This document shows, one piece after another, positions 1-13,082 of a DNA stretch of 64,000 nt; within the stretch, counting starts at the first letter, position 1; each line of letters begins with the position of its first letter. Source of the DNA: Phoronis australis (lineage: Eukaryota > Animalia > Phoronida); NCBI GenBank assembly GCA_002633005.1, contig NMRA01001008.1:1-64000 (forward strand), written 5' to 3'. Below the pieces are notes generated by a model, which saw only the letters and a program-made list of their open reading frames with translations, did no database searches and had not been told where the DNA came from. A program made the translations under genes and the position numbers.

Positions 1-155
1 AAATGTGTTTGAGCCTATAACTTTAGAAAAACGCAATATTTTGAGGAAATATTTTACCGCTGTTTATAGATCCCATGGGACTACCTATGTGCGAAATTTG
101 GTGAAAATCGGCTGACCCCCACCTTGCCGCTCATGGCTGGTGCTCTCGTGGACTA
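1..155. mobile_element. Terminal fragment of an Academ-like DNA transposon (continues outside the window)
   Basis: Ends ...aaatttggtgaaaatcgg...ctcgtggacta (cta 153-155), same style as the end at 59279 (cctggacta) and the TAG...CTA termini at 26580-32331 and 44873-47611. The other end is not in the window. Confidence 0.4.
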
Positions 156-1074
156 GTACTTAATACCCAAGTTTAGTGCCCCCCGAGTAGTACGAATCTA
201 ATGCACCGTGTAGGAGCTGGGGTAGCTCAGCTGAAGATAACTGACGTTCAGGTTCCTTTGTGCTCAGGTCAAGAGATTATGCGCAACTGTTGGTATTGCA
301 GTGGCACGATTAACTTGCGAAACAGAAAAGGTGGGCGGTGTGACAATGGGTGGATAGTAACCTCTGCCAGAAGCATGTGCTGTTAGGGAATCCCGCTGCA
401 AAATTGTACTCAGAAAATGGACATGTTTTCTGAAAACGAAAAGATTGTTAAAGTTTTATTTTGGATGTTATTTTTTGTATTTATTAATTGTTTTTGGTTA
501 TGTTTTGTTAAAGTTAGGAAAAAAGTGATGGTGCGGAATGGTGAAGCGCCATCAGCATGGTAGATGTGATATCATGTTAAGATTCATGAACAGATCTAAA
601 ATCAGTATTCAAAAGGTGCTTTTTATTGGACGCTGCTTTTGATATGAAAACCGACAGTTTGATAGAAATCAGTAATTAAAACGCTTAATTTCTATGACAT
701 GATATTGAAAAACAAGCCCGTTTAGACTAACGAACAACGGCGGTAGCATGGTTTCCAATTCGGGTGAGTCCCATGGGCTGGTTTGGAGATACCATTTAGC
801 AAAGTTTCGAACGTTTCATCCCCAGAGCCAGAAAGTAAAACATCAACATGTAACCTGCAGAGGAAGGATAATATCGAAACGAAGTATAGCATGGACAGAT
901 AAACCATTAACGGGCAGGCAAACATGGATATAAATGTACCGGGTAAAAATCAAAGTAGTGTGGCATGGGAGTTTCAAGCACAATAAAAAGACACGCTGCG
1001 TATTGGCGAGGGAATGGTTTGGCGGTTTGAGGGATATTAGAATCGAAAGAAATCGGCCGTTACCCTTACAAAAA

Positions 1075-1297
1075 TGAACTTAAGTTTTTCGCTGAAAACT
1101 TAAGTTTTTGGCGAAAAACTTACGTTTTTGGAAAATAACTTAAGTTTTAGAGGAAAAACTTAAATTCTTCCGAAAAACTTAAGTTTTTAAAAGAAACTTA
1201 AGTTTTTAAAACTTAAGTTTTTCGTCAAAAACTTAAGTTTTTCAGCACAATGTTAAGTTTTTCAGAAAACTTAAGTTTTTTCAGGTGTAAAACTTAA
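1075..1297. repeat. Array of palindromic AAAACTTAAGTTTT units (left subterminal region, outer part)
   Basis: About ten copies separated by short variable spacers. Confidence 0.9.
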
Positions 1298-4200
1298 GAG
1301 TGCAGTACACTTCAGACCAGGCAAAAATCCATGCAGGGGTGATAAACCCAACGTGATGGATTTGGATCATATTATTCATTTTTGTTTACTTTCTTATGGT
1401 AATTACTAAAATGCACTTTAAACAAATTCTATCGCGTTAGGTAGCTTAAAAGTCGGGTACCTCAGTTTCACTGAAAACCACTATCAGAACTTACCCCAAT
1501 AATCACAGTTTTTGTGACATTGTAAGTAATTACAGAAGCTACTTGAAAATGAAATAGCTACTGTTTTGTATAAATTCATCCATTGTCTTCCTAAAAATGA
1601 AAAATAAAAGTGTCAAGTTGCACCTTAAATTCCACATTTTGGGGTTTGAAGGGTCATGGGGTCATACAAGCAGAAAACATGGATAACTTGCCCGGGTTTG
1701 AATGAGTCAATCTCAGCTGAAGCCAAATTTTACACTTTGAAACTTAATCTTGGGTTTGATCTATCTTAGTAGAATAGATATTTAGCATCAAAACCACCGG
1801 CAAACACATGTCTTCATTTATTCGATCTGTAAACAACAAATAACAAAACATTTGAAAGTAATCTAAATAACAATTACTTGCAAACGCTATTTATAATTCC
1901 GATATCAACGTTAGTTACCGTAATAAGATTCCTAGCTTGTTACTTGGGTAAATCTTAACACATTAATGATCTAATTTCCATGATAGCTGCATCATATTCA
2001 AACATGCTTGTATTAAACTATTTAAGCTTTCGTTATTTCTTATTCACGCTATTTTTCACAATATTCAAACTTATTTCTGAGCTTTCTATTTGACAATAAT
2101 TCTAAATAAACCCTATTTTACTTAAAAATTACAATACGAATAATAGTAAATCACTACTTACTTCTGTGGAGGAATCAAAGTCCTGCTACATCGGTTTTAA
2201 CTTAATAAACTGCTTCACTATGTCTTAACCCGTTTACATCTCTGTTCTGAACTACATGTACTGTAAAATGCCTTCTCATTTAGAATTTATATGATTCTAA
2301 CCCCATGACTAATCTAGTCACTTTTCATGAATTTACTTGACCTTACCAAATTTGTCACCAAATTCTCTTGTCAATGAATAGCTGTACTACGAACATCGCC
2401 ATGTTTAAAGGTTATTGAGCAATTGTTCGCAGCCACCTCAGCCAAAGTGAGCACTTGTGACAATAGCTACTAGTCATCGAAAATGTTGACTTTTGAGATT
2501 TAAAGGTGCTCAAATGGTTGTTAAATTATTGGGCTTATTACTTAGCAAATAAAATTCGATGAAATTAGTATTTTTTGTTTTGTTTTTTTACTGTGAATTA
2601 CCATTTTGATGAAGAGCCCTTCAGATGTCTCTGATATCACTGAAGAAAAAATGACTGATGAGGTGGTGGAAGTAGTTAATATAGTGTGTTCGTTGGCATT
2701 ATCCTTCAAATCTGGTGTATGGAGCTTCAAAGGAATATCGAAACCATGCAGCAAGCAATTGAAGCACTAACTGATTGCAGCAAGTCAATAGCAAGCCATC
2801 TGAAAAATGTTAAAGTCACCAACCCAGTCCCGTTCAGTGACAGTGCTGAAAGTGAAAGTGGCAGGTGATTCTTGCCAGGGTCAAAGTGGGCTTGTTTACA
2901 ACAGTTTGCCCCCCCCNNNNNNNNNNNNNNNNNNNNNNNNNNACCCCCCAGTTTGTGAAAATCGTCGATCTCAGCATGGAATCAGATGGAGGCCAAGTAA
3001 AAGTAAGATATGTGCCCACCTTCAACATCAGAAAGGCTCTAAGCCCAAGGTCAAGCTTGAGTTTGGAATGTAAGTGGGAATACAGTCAACAAAGAATTTC
3101 TGGAAGAACAGAATGTATCGATTCCTGTTGGGTCAGGTAAGTTGTTATGCAGCTGCAGGTCATCAATACTCTATACCTGTTGATAACGACTTTCTTATAT
3201 TTGCTTTCTCAACTAGATTCTGACTGCAGTCGCCATGAAGGGCACAACCCTACATGTACATGAAGTAAAGCGACACTCGAGTACTAGAGTAATTTTAGTA
3301 ACTTCTTCCAGTACTGACTTGTATTAGTAAAATATTCATTTTATCTTAATATTTAGGGTTTGTCGAAATATATCCCATTTTATGAATACGCTTGAGTAAA
3401 AAGTGGAAATTTGGTGTCCATTATCAAAAGATTTAATCGAGCGCTTGTCTCCTAGCTGACACCAATTTCAAATCTAATTCACCTGTAGTCACTTCTGATT
3501 GGTCACATTGCTCTATCTGTATAACCAGAGATACATAATTTTCCAAATATGCAGTGGAACCCCATTACAACGGGGCCTAATTTAATTAACATGGCTAAAG
3601 TTTTAACACCGTTAAGGTCCCTAGTACCCGAAGCATTCAACCTCATGAACAAGACTGGGTAAAACATTTGGGGATTCAAAATACAGCATTCTGTTGGGAG
3701 TTCTGTTATGCCTACTTTCCATAAACTTCTATTGCAGGTCTATGCAGAAATTGTAAGCGTTTACGAAAGAAGTTAGCCACTGTTGTTGAGCTTACAACAG
3801 AAAGAGTACTAGTAAGTAGTTAGTTAATGAATTGGAGTGTTGTTACACAAAACCTTTTTCTGAGATTCTTGGTTCCAGGATTAAGTGCATCAAAATTTAA
3901 CGATAGCAAAACTGTAGTTGTAGTAGATTTTTATTTCAGTTGTATTGTGGTTGCTTATCAACCTCATAGACAAATAAAAATGCCGTGCATTCAGCGTATT
4001 TTGCGTCTCTGAAGTTTTACTGCACAAGTTGTCCATAGTTACAGGAGTATGAAACTACAAGGTTTGCGCAAATTGCCTCAAATATAAACAGGGCTGGTGG
4101 GCTTGTAAACTTCGCATTGACTCAAAAACTGGTGACGGTCTCACTAACTCATCTGCTAGGAAACAATACTGATGGACTGTAACACTGTCCTTGTATTTAC

Positions 4201-4939
4201 TGTCTTGTCAACCATGTCTCTCAGACAAAGTGGATTTGGCTCCACACACTGCGATTTTTGGGTGCATAAGTTATGTTTTGCGAGTTTGGGCCAGAGCTTG
4301 TGAGTCAATGGATAGCGTTAACAGACCTTGAAGTACACTGTACTGTATGTTTATTTGAGGAGCTATGTTCATAAGTGCACAATCTGTTTAGTTCTGTTCC
4401 AATTATTTCACCACAACTGTCGACATTTGAAAACTCCTCTGAGAGGGAAGACTGCTTGTAATGAAAGCTTAGGTACTCCAAATAGGTCATAACAGGATGT
4501 TTATAGTTGCTCCGGGTTGTTTTAGTGACCACTGAGGCAAATTTTGAAAGGTGCATTTAGCTAAAATATTGAAGATGCAATTGTATTCCTTTTAGCCTGA
4601 AAATCATGTACTAAAACATAAAATTATCTCAATCAGCATCGTGGCATGAAGAGTGTTGGATCTTGTCTTAACTTTATGGCATTTCGAAGCTGTGGCAATG
4701 CTATATATCAAAATTGATGGTTTTCGAGGTTTTAGTAGTGAACTTACATTTTGATTAATTGACGACACCTTTTGTTTTGAGTGCTGCTTGCACACAATGA
4801 GGGTAGCATGCATATGCGAGTGGCCATCTTTCCAAGCTATTTTGAATGGTGAAAATAAATACTTTGGGGAAAGGCTATTTATGGAAAATTTCATTCTTGT
4901 GTTTAGGGATTAAGTTGCATATAGTTGTAATATTTACAG

Positions 4940-5358
4940 GCAAATTTTTTCAAGTGGAAACGAGCGGGACCAACCATCATTCTGGCTGCCCACGCCTTTG
5001 CCAAAGATCCATAAGTCGAATCAGTTTATCACTGCTGCATCTGATAGAAGAGTCAACCCTGTTAGGACCCAGCTTCTAACTGACATCGATGAATTTGCCG
5101 AAAGGTCCTAGCGATATTACAAACAAAAAGCCAGAAAAGCATTATATGTTACCCATGAATGTATTGCTCCTGGTCATATTGATGCTCTGAAGAATGTCTC
5201 TCACCCCAGCAGATTAAACATTTTCCTGTTTAGCAGCACTCAATCGTTCTGGGAAACTCGCACAATTTGATGCCTTTGGATTGAAAAGAATCGCTGAGGA
5301 AGACCGTCGATTTGAACTGTGTCAAAAGATTGTTGAGTCAATGGAATTGCCGCAGTAG
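4940..5358 (+). pseudogene. Degenerate terminal exon with a death-effector-domain-like sequence, inside the palindromic element
   Basis: After the acceptor tttacag: ...PVRTQLLTDIDEFAERS*RYYKQKARKALYVTHECIAPGHIDALKNVSHP, then a frameshift, then LAALNRSGKLAQFDAFGLKRIAEEDRRFELCQKIVESMELPQ*. RRFEL resembles the DED RxDL motif. One stop and one frameshift. Confidence 0.35.
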
Positions 5359-5954
5359 CACATTTCATCTATACAAGACTCAGAGACATTTGAAATACAG
5401 TATGTCAAAAGTAGTCAGGCAAAATGCTATTTCCATTTCGTGACGTGTCATCTATGCTGACTAAAGGTGTCTCACTGTACACCTAATTTGCTCGCATTTT
5501 GGTAAATATGACCACATTTGTTCATTTCTATTTACTTGATTTATGGTGTGTAATTTGCCTGTGTCCGATATCAGCCTCAATTTAATATTACTATTCTCTA
5601 AACTACTTTGGTTTTTGTTTAATATCTTATCGTTTTGCTACATATGTACAGTATAACCTGCTCTGCTGCATCTCTATGTCTAAACAATGTCTAATAAACA
5701 ATAATTTAATTCAGGACAGTTTTTAAATATTGTCCAACTTTGTTCCAAAATCTATTTGCAGGATTATCCAAGTTCACCTATATGCAGTCTGAATGTTAAC
5801 TTTGTGTGTTTAATTTTCGTTTTGTTGCACATGAATTGTCTTATGATTTTTCAATGAAGTAGCTGACACTACATGTATTAGTCTCGAGACTTCTGAATTT
5901 TTGGAGTCTGACTGATGGTAAGCACCAAACACCATTGCATACCCATACTAAACT

Positions 5955-6249
5955 CGGGCGGATTCAGGATTTTGAGTTGGGGGGCAGGGCACAGAATTTT
6001 GCCACCTCCGCGCTCCCACCCTAAAATCTAGGGATGTAGGGGTCTCGAATTTTTGGGTTTGTGGACCTTATTACTAAAAAAACCCGGTAAACGCCTTTCT
6101 TCAAGGCCAATGCAATGTGCATTCGCCCACGGAGCCCCCTGGGTGAGCGCATATGCTAGTCAGCAATTAGCACCCCGAACTGACAAATGGTATCTGGGAG
6201 AATTTTAGGGGGCATGGCCCCCTTGGCCCCCTCCTGGAATCCGTCATTG
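5955..6249. mobile_element. MITE with 5-bp TSD (hAT5-like)
   Basis: cgggcggattcagg ... cctggaatccgtcattg flanked by AAACT (5950-5954, 6250-6254); G/C-run subtermini. Confidence 0.6.
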
Positions 6250-7288
6250 AAACTGTGATAGATGCAAAAAACATCTGAACTGATTTTTCTGCTATCTTGC
6301 GTGTGAAATACTCGGTTTCCTGTGTTTTTTATGAAAATGTCTACAAACCTTCCGCAAATACATCATTCTATGCGTTGTCGGTGTAAACTAAAAAACATTG
6401 GTATCCATAATGCGAGAATATTCAGACATCCATATGCACGTCTGGGCGTGTGCTGTTCGGGGACTTTCCCGAATGAGAAGCGTAAGAAACGTTATTCAAC
6501 AACGCCAATTTCACCGGTAGTCGACTATCCTTATCAGATCAGTTTTTCTAACCTCATTTCACAGCATCTAACCAATACCATTTCAATACATCTCTTTTTT
6601 ATGACTAACTGCTTTGCTGTCTGATTTGTTCGGGTTTGGTGATATACACTGTATGGAGGTGCAGTTGTGTCCTAACGGTCCAATACACCTATTATTGTTT
6701 TTTATAAAATTCCTTGAATTGAGATGCGTCGGGACACGATCAACCGACTTCGAGAACATTAGAAAACTAAATTTCAATCAGACACACACATTAAAATTTC
6801 AGAATTCGAGTTCCCAGTTATGTATGACTGAAGACTTACTTTAGAGATTTTTTACTCAACCATAATGCACTTCGAAACGGTGAGTATATGGACATGCTAT
6901 TGGCAGCGTTATCGTCAGGGTCAAAGGAAACCAACATGCCTTGTTGTGCTTCTCATTATTTTCTGTAAAGTAACAAAATTAAAGCTCTCTTGATATGTTC
7001 GATCGCCTATTTTGAATCCTCGCATACATTTGTTACTATGCGGACATTGGTCAGTTGCATAATTTTGGTGAGGTGCCCTACTTCTAGAGCCCGAAGCGGT
7101 ATGAAGAAGCGTAATTGCCTAGACGTTTTATGATTTTATTTTGTAGAGCTAAGATAAATCTAAACACTGGTTGTAGTTTTGTTGTTTTAAATTTCCCTTC
7201 AGCTGAGATATTGAGGCAGGAAGTAGGGCAATTTTCAACATTTTGGAATCACCACAAACTAGCTAAACTGGTAGCCTTCAAAAACTAT

Positions 7289-7643
7289 TAACATGTAACT
7301 GAAACCTTGACATTTTCTATGACTGGCACGTTGAAAGACACCCCAATTCAGTGATCAACTTGAAGTGTTTCATTTTGCACTATTGTTCTCAAGGTATGTT
7401 CGCAAAAAGTGCCAAAATGTAGCTGTAACATTAATTTTTTTTGCGTGCGCCACCTTGTGGTTGCTATGGGAACGTGTTGTTTTTCTGCCAATTCCAAGCC
7501 TTGTTACAGCTACATTTTGGCACTTTTTGCGAACTTAACTTGAGAACAGTAGTGCAAAATGAAACACTTCAAGATTATCACTGAATTGGGGTGTCTTTCA
7601 ACTTGCCAGTCATAGAAAATGTCAAGGTTTTAGCTACATCTTA
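7289..7643. repeat. Central hairpin of the palindromic element (about 140-bp arms, about 70-bp loop)
   Basis: 7289-7430 (...gtgccaaaatgtagctgtaaca) pairs with 7502-7643 (tgttacagctacattttggcac...); loop 7431-7501. Confidence 0.9.
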
Positions 7644-10600
7644 ACCGTTGACTCTTTCATCAGATGCAGCAGTGAGAAACTGATTCGACTTATGGATCTT
7701 TGGAAAAGGCGTGGGCAGCCAGAATGATGGTTGGTCTCCCTCGTTTCCACTTGAAAATTTTGCCTGTAAATTTTGCAATTATATGCAACTTAATCCGTAA
7801 ACACAAGAATTATATTTTCCATAAATAGCCTTTCCCCAAAGTATTTATTTTCACCATTCAAAATAGCTTGGAAAGATGGCCACTCACATATGCACGCTAC
7901 CCTCATTGTGTGCAAACAGCACTCAAAACAAAATGTGTCGTCAATTAATCAAAATGTAAGTTCACTACTAAAACCTGGAAAACCACCAACTTTGATATAT
8001 AGCATTGCCACAGCTTCGAAATGCCATAAAGTTAAGACAAGATCCAACACTCTTCATGCCACAATGCTGATTGAGAAAATTTTATGTTTTAGTACATGAT
8101 TTTCAGGCTAAAAGGAATACAATTGCATCTTCAATATTTTTAGCTAAATGCACCTTTCAAAATTTGCCTCAGTGGTCACTAAAACAACCCACAAAGCAAC
8201 TATATAAATCCTGTTATGACCTATTTGGAGTACCTAAGCTTTCATTACAAGCAGTCTTCCCTCTCAGAGGAATTTTCAAATGTTGACAGTTGTGGTGAAA
8301 TAACTGGAACAGAACTAAAAGGATTGTGCACTTATGAACATAGCTCCTCAAATAAACATACAGTACAGTGTAGTTCAAGGTCTGTTAACGCAATCCATTG
8401 ACTCACAAGCTCTGGCCCAAACTCGCAAAACATAACTTATGCATCCAAAAATCGCAGTGCGTGGAGCCAAATCCACTTTGTCTGAGAGGCATGGTTGACA
8501 AGACAGTAAATACAGAATACATGCAAAGTGTTTTGTCTGCAAATACAAGGACAGTGTTACAGTCCATCAGTATTGTTTCCTAGCAGATGAGTTAGTGAGA
8601 CCGTCACCAGTTTTTGAGTCAATGCGCAGTTTACAAGCCCACCAGCCCTGTTTATATTTGACGCAATTTGCGCGAACCTTGTAGTTACATAATCCTGTAA
8701 CTATGGACAACTTGTGCAGTAAAACTTCAGAGACGCAAAACTCGCTGAATGCACGGCATTTTTATTTGTCTACGAGGCTTATAAGCAACCACAATACAAC
8801 TGAAATAAAAATCTACTACAGCTACTGTTTTGCTATCATTAGATGTTGATACACTTAATCCTGGAACCAAGAATCTCAGAAAAAGGTTTTGTAACAACAC
8901 TCCAATTCATTAACGAACTACTTACTAGTACTCTTTCTGTAGTAACCTCAACAACAGTGGCTAACTTATCTGGTAAACGCTTACAATTTCTGCAGAGACC
9001 TGCAATAGAATTTTATGGAAAGTAGGCATAACAGAACTCCCAATAGAATGCTGTATTTTGAATCCCCAAACGTTTTACCCAGTCTTGTTCATGAGGTTGA
9101 ATGCTTCGGGTACTAGGGACCTTAACGGTGTTAAAACTTTAGCCATGTTAATTAAATTAGGCCCCAATGTAATGGGGTTCCAGTGCAAATTTGGGAAATT
9201 GTGTATCTCTGGTTATACAGATAGAGCAATGTGACCAATCAGAAGTGACTACAGGTGAATTAGATTCGAAATTGGTGTCAGCTAGGAGACAAGCGCTCGA
9301 TTAAATCTTTTGATAATGGACACCAAATTTCCACTGTTTACACATGCGTATTCAATAAATGGAATGTATTTAGACAAACCCTAAATATTGAGATGAAGTG
9401 AATATTTTACTAATACAAGTCAGCACTGGAAGAAGTTACTAAAATTACTCTAGTACTCGAGTGTCGCTTTACTTCATGTACATGTAGGGTTGTGCCCTTC
9501 ATGGCGACTGCAGTCAGAATCTAGTTGAGAAAGCAAATATAAGAAAGTCGTCATCAACAGGTATAGTGTTGATGACCAGCAGCTGCATAACAATTTACCT
9601 CACCCAACTGGAATCGATACATTCTGTTCTTCCAGAAATTCTTTGTTGACTGTATTCCCACTTACAGTCTAAACTCAAGCTTGGCCTTGGGCTTAGAGCC
9701 TTTCTGATGTTGAAGGTGGGCACATATCTTACTTTTACTTGGCCTCCATCTGATTCCATGCTGAGATCGACGGTTTTCACAAACTGGGGGGTTGGGGAGG
9801 GGGGGGCAAACTGTTGTAAACAAGCCCACTTTGACCCTCGCAAGAATCACCTGCCACTTTCACTTTCAGCACTGTCACTGAACGGGACTGGGTTGGTGAC
9901 TTTAACATTTTTCAGATGGCTTGCTATTGACTTGCTGCAATCAGTTAGTGCTTCAATTGCTTGCTGCATGGTTTCGATATTCCTTTGAAGCTCCATACAC
10001 CAGATTTGAAGGATAATGCCAACGAACACACTATATTAACTACTTCCACCACCTCATCAGTCATTTTTTCTTCAGTGATATCAGAGACATCTGAAGGGCT
10101 CTTCATCAAAATGGTAATTCACAGTAAAAAAACAAAACAAAACAAAAATACTAGTTTTATCAAGTTTTGTTTGCTAAGAAATAAGCCCAATAATTTAACA
10201 ACCATTTGAGCACTTTTAAATCTCAAATCTCAACATTTTCGATGACTAGTAGCTATTGTCACAAGTGCTCACTTTGGCTGAGATGGCTGCGAACAATTGC
10301 TCATTACTACATGAAGACATGTGTTTGCCGGTGGTTTTGATGCCAAATATCTATTCTACTAAGATAGAACAAACCCACGATTAAGTTTCAAAGTGTAAAA
10401 TTTGTCTTCAGCTCAGATTGACTCATTCAAACATGTGCAAGTTATCCATGTTTTCTGCTTGTATGACCCCATGACCCTTCAAACCCCAAAGTGTGGAATT
10501 TAAGGGGCAACTTGACACTTTTATTTTTCAATTTTAGGAAGACAATGGATGACTTTATACAAAACAGTAGCTATTTCATTTTCTAGTAGCTTCTGTAATT

Positions 10601-10826
10601 ACTTACAATGTCACAAAAATGTGATTATTGGGGTTCTGATAGTGGTTTTCAGTGAAAACTAAGGTACCCGACTTTTAAGCAACCTAACGCGATATAATTT
10701 CTTTAAAGTGTATTTTAGTAATTTCCATAAGAAAGTAAACAAAAATGCATAATATGATCCAAATCCGTCATATAGAGTTTATCACCCCTGCATAGATTTT
10801 TGCCTGGTCTGAAGTGCACTGCACTC

Positions 10827-11150
10827 TTAAGTTTTCACAAATAAACTTAAGTTTCAAGTAATAGCTTAAGTTTTCATGAAAACTTAAGTTTTTTGTGCTA
10901 ACAAGTTTTTCTGATAATTTAAGTTTATCACAAAACTTGAGTTTTCGTAATTTTAAAATTTTAAGTTTTCCTGACTTGTTAAGTTTTTCGCAAACTTTAG
11001 TTTTTCCAATTATAGAAACTTAAATTTTCCTGACTTCTTAAGTTTTTCAGAAAATTGGATTTTTTCATGTTTGGAAAGCTTGAATTTTCTAAAAACCCTA
11101 AGGTTTCTATGTGATGAAAATTTACGTTCTCAAGTTTTTAAAATTTGAAT
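10827..11150. repeat. Continuation of the AAACTTAAGTTT array, decaying inward
   Basis: Repeated aacttaagtttt-like units immediately after the nested element. Confidence 0.8.
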
Positions 11151-13082
11151 ATAGTGAGATTTTTAATTTTCGGTTCGAAATTTTTCCCATTATTTTCCCA
11201 CAAATAATATTGTTTGCTCATGCAAAACCCATCATCTCATAAAGGTGTTGCCCGAATGTTTCCTTAACATTTATATAGATACAAACCATAAAACAACGAA
11301 CGTTTAACCTGGTCAGTACAGATTCAGTGCATTTATGTAATCATTATCGCACGTCTTTGTGAATTTAAATGTAGACGAACATCCGGTGACCAAGAGCAGT
11401 AAGAATGCACCCAATGTTAATCCCCTGAGACACTGACCTGGTCAGTATTATGTAATAAATAGAAGTCATGCAATTCTTGAAGAAACGTAGTTATTGTGCT
11501 AGTTTCTTTTGTGTTGAGTTGTATTCGTAAGGCAGTTTGCACCGGAAGTCAACAGTTTGAATTTTATAACCGCCAGTCAACTTCGAAGAAAAAGTCGTGT
11601 GTTGGCTAGCCTGCGACAATGAAGTTTATATTACTACGAGCAGAGCCAGCAAGAAGACATTTCAGAAGTTTTGGAAGTCGGGTTAGTGCCAGAGAGCGTT
11701 TTAAAATCAATTGGTCACAATCGGTGCTGTGATTTCCAACGAACGTGTTAAGTTCAGTTGTTATTGTCAGCCAGATCACGAGTCACGCTGTCACATACCG
11801 ACATGTCACATGGACTCATTCTGTGTGAATTATCTAAACTTCTAACGCGTGATATGCTCCTGGAGGTCCATCAGAGGAAGCCATAACGTTCACATAAGGC
11901 TATTACTCCATTATAATTTATATTTCTGTTTTCTGAGGTTGTGTCAGTGTGATCAATGCAAGGGGGGGGCTACCAAGGCAAAGTTTAGTCATTTCCCAAG
12001 TTGGGTATATTGGCAATTGGCATTGGTTGTGTGTGCTTATGTCTATGTTTGTAGTAATGCTTGGAAGCTCCTGATTTTGAAATCTCATATCACTACAGGT
12101 CAATAATTTGCAAGATTCACTTGCCTCATCCACGCATCCATCCTAAAATATAGGGGGTGCTCAAACTTTTGGGCATGTTGAACTTTTACTAAAAAACGGG
12201 GTATGTTCAGAGCTGTGCACAGTGCATTCCTGAATTACACCTTTTTAGTGGACTCGTGTCTCGTTTTCTCAATTTTTTGGGTTTCTACGAGGCTGACCTT
12301 TTTATGCCCACTTCGGCAAGTGGGGGGTGCTCGTTCTAGCCTCCCCTGGGTGCGCACATGTGCCTGGTTCTCAAAATTAAGAATCACCAATGTAACTATT
12401 GTATTGCCTATTTTGACTGATTTGCTCAGGTTTTTCGGGAGGATGTAGGTTATTGAATGCAAAAGAACATTCCGATCCCACTACTAGTACCCTACATGGA
12501 ATACTCCCCCGCATAGGTCACAATGTACCCAAGTGAACTCTCACCAGTCAACATGTTAGATATTGTTATGCACAGTGAAACTTGCATAATTCCTATCTAA
12601 TTGCACCAAATAATTCAATGCAAGTAAGGAAAATCTGTGTGATTTGACTTTGGGATTGAGTATGTGCTTTCGAATTTTTACCGGGTTGTGGAATGCTAGA
12701 ATGCCGCAAAAGTTTGCATAATCGGACTTAAAATTTTCACATTCAATGGAGTTTGACTGGTTTTATTGAAATCAAATATTTCATTGTCATGGTAAAAGTG
12801 ATAGTTAATCTGGGTACAACTTTACCTAGGAGTTTAGTTGAGTTGAATATGGACTGACTAGAATGATCTCCCCGTGTCTGTAGGGGCATATTCTTTTCCC
12901 TCTTGAAATTTGCTTGGAACCTCAATTTAATATCTTTGCAAATGTCAGCCAGTAAAGTGATTGGTAGGAGTACAGGATATAGTATTTTTATGTTTACTGT
13001 AGTACATGAGATATTAATTTTATTTTTACTGTAATCTATTATGGTTACGTACGACTTCTCGCGAAGACCATGTCAGTATCTT

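Larger units (their letters stand above)
1298..10826. mobile_element. 9.5-kb palindromic TTAA-specific DNA transposon (Sola3-like GAG...CTC termini; Kolobok not excluded)
   Basis: TTAA (1294-1297) gagtgcagtacacttcagaccaggca ... tgcctggtctgaagtgcactgcactc TTAA (10827-10830). Removing it restores one host unit, aaaacTTAAgttttc. The right arm 7502-10826 is the reverse complement of 1298-1817, 2415-5057 and 7289-7430. Confidence 0.85.

Noticed and set aside
700-1062. Possible CR1/L2 LINE 3' relic on the minus strand continuing at 16302
   Set aside because: Only faint motifs (ETPMPHYF, VLLSGS); too degenerate to support.
1075-1297. CRISPR-like look of the AAAACTTAAGTTTT arrays (also 15950-16299)
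   Set aside because: Units are about 14 bp with very short irregular spacers, there are no cas genes, the context is eukaryotic, and the arrays are explained as transposon subterminal repeats.
2542-10209. Mirror-image ORF pairs in the ORF track taken as duplicated genes
   Set aside because: They are short by-products of the inverted arms with no recognisable family.
1298-10826. Palindrome as an assembly or amplification chimera
   Set aside because: The arms differ by many substitutions and independent indels and end at matching TTAA sites; not fully excluded without reads.
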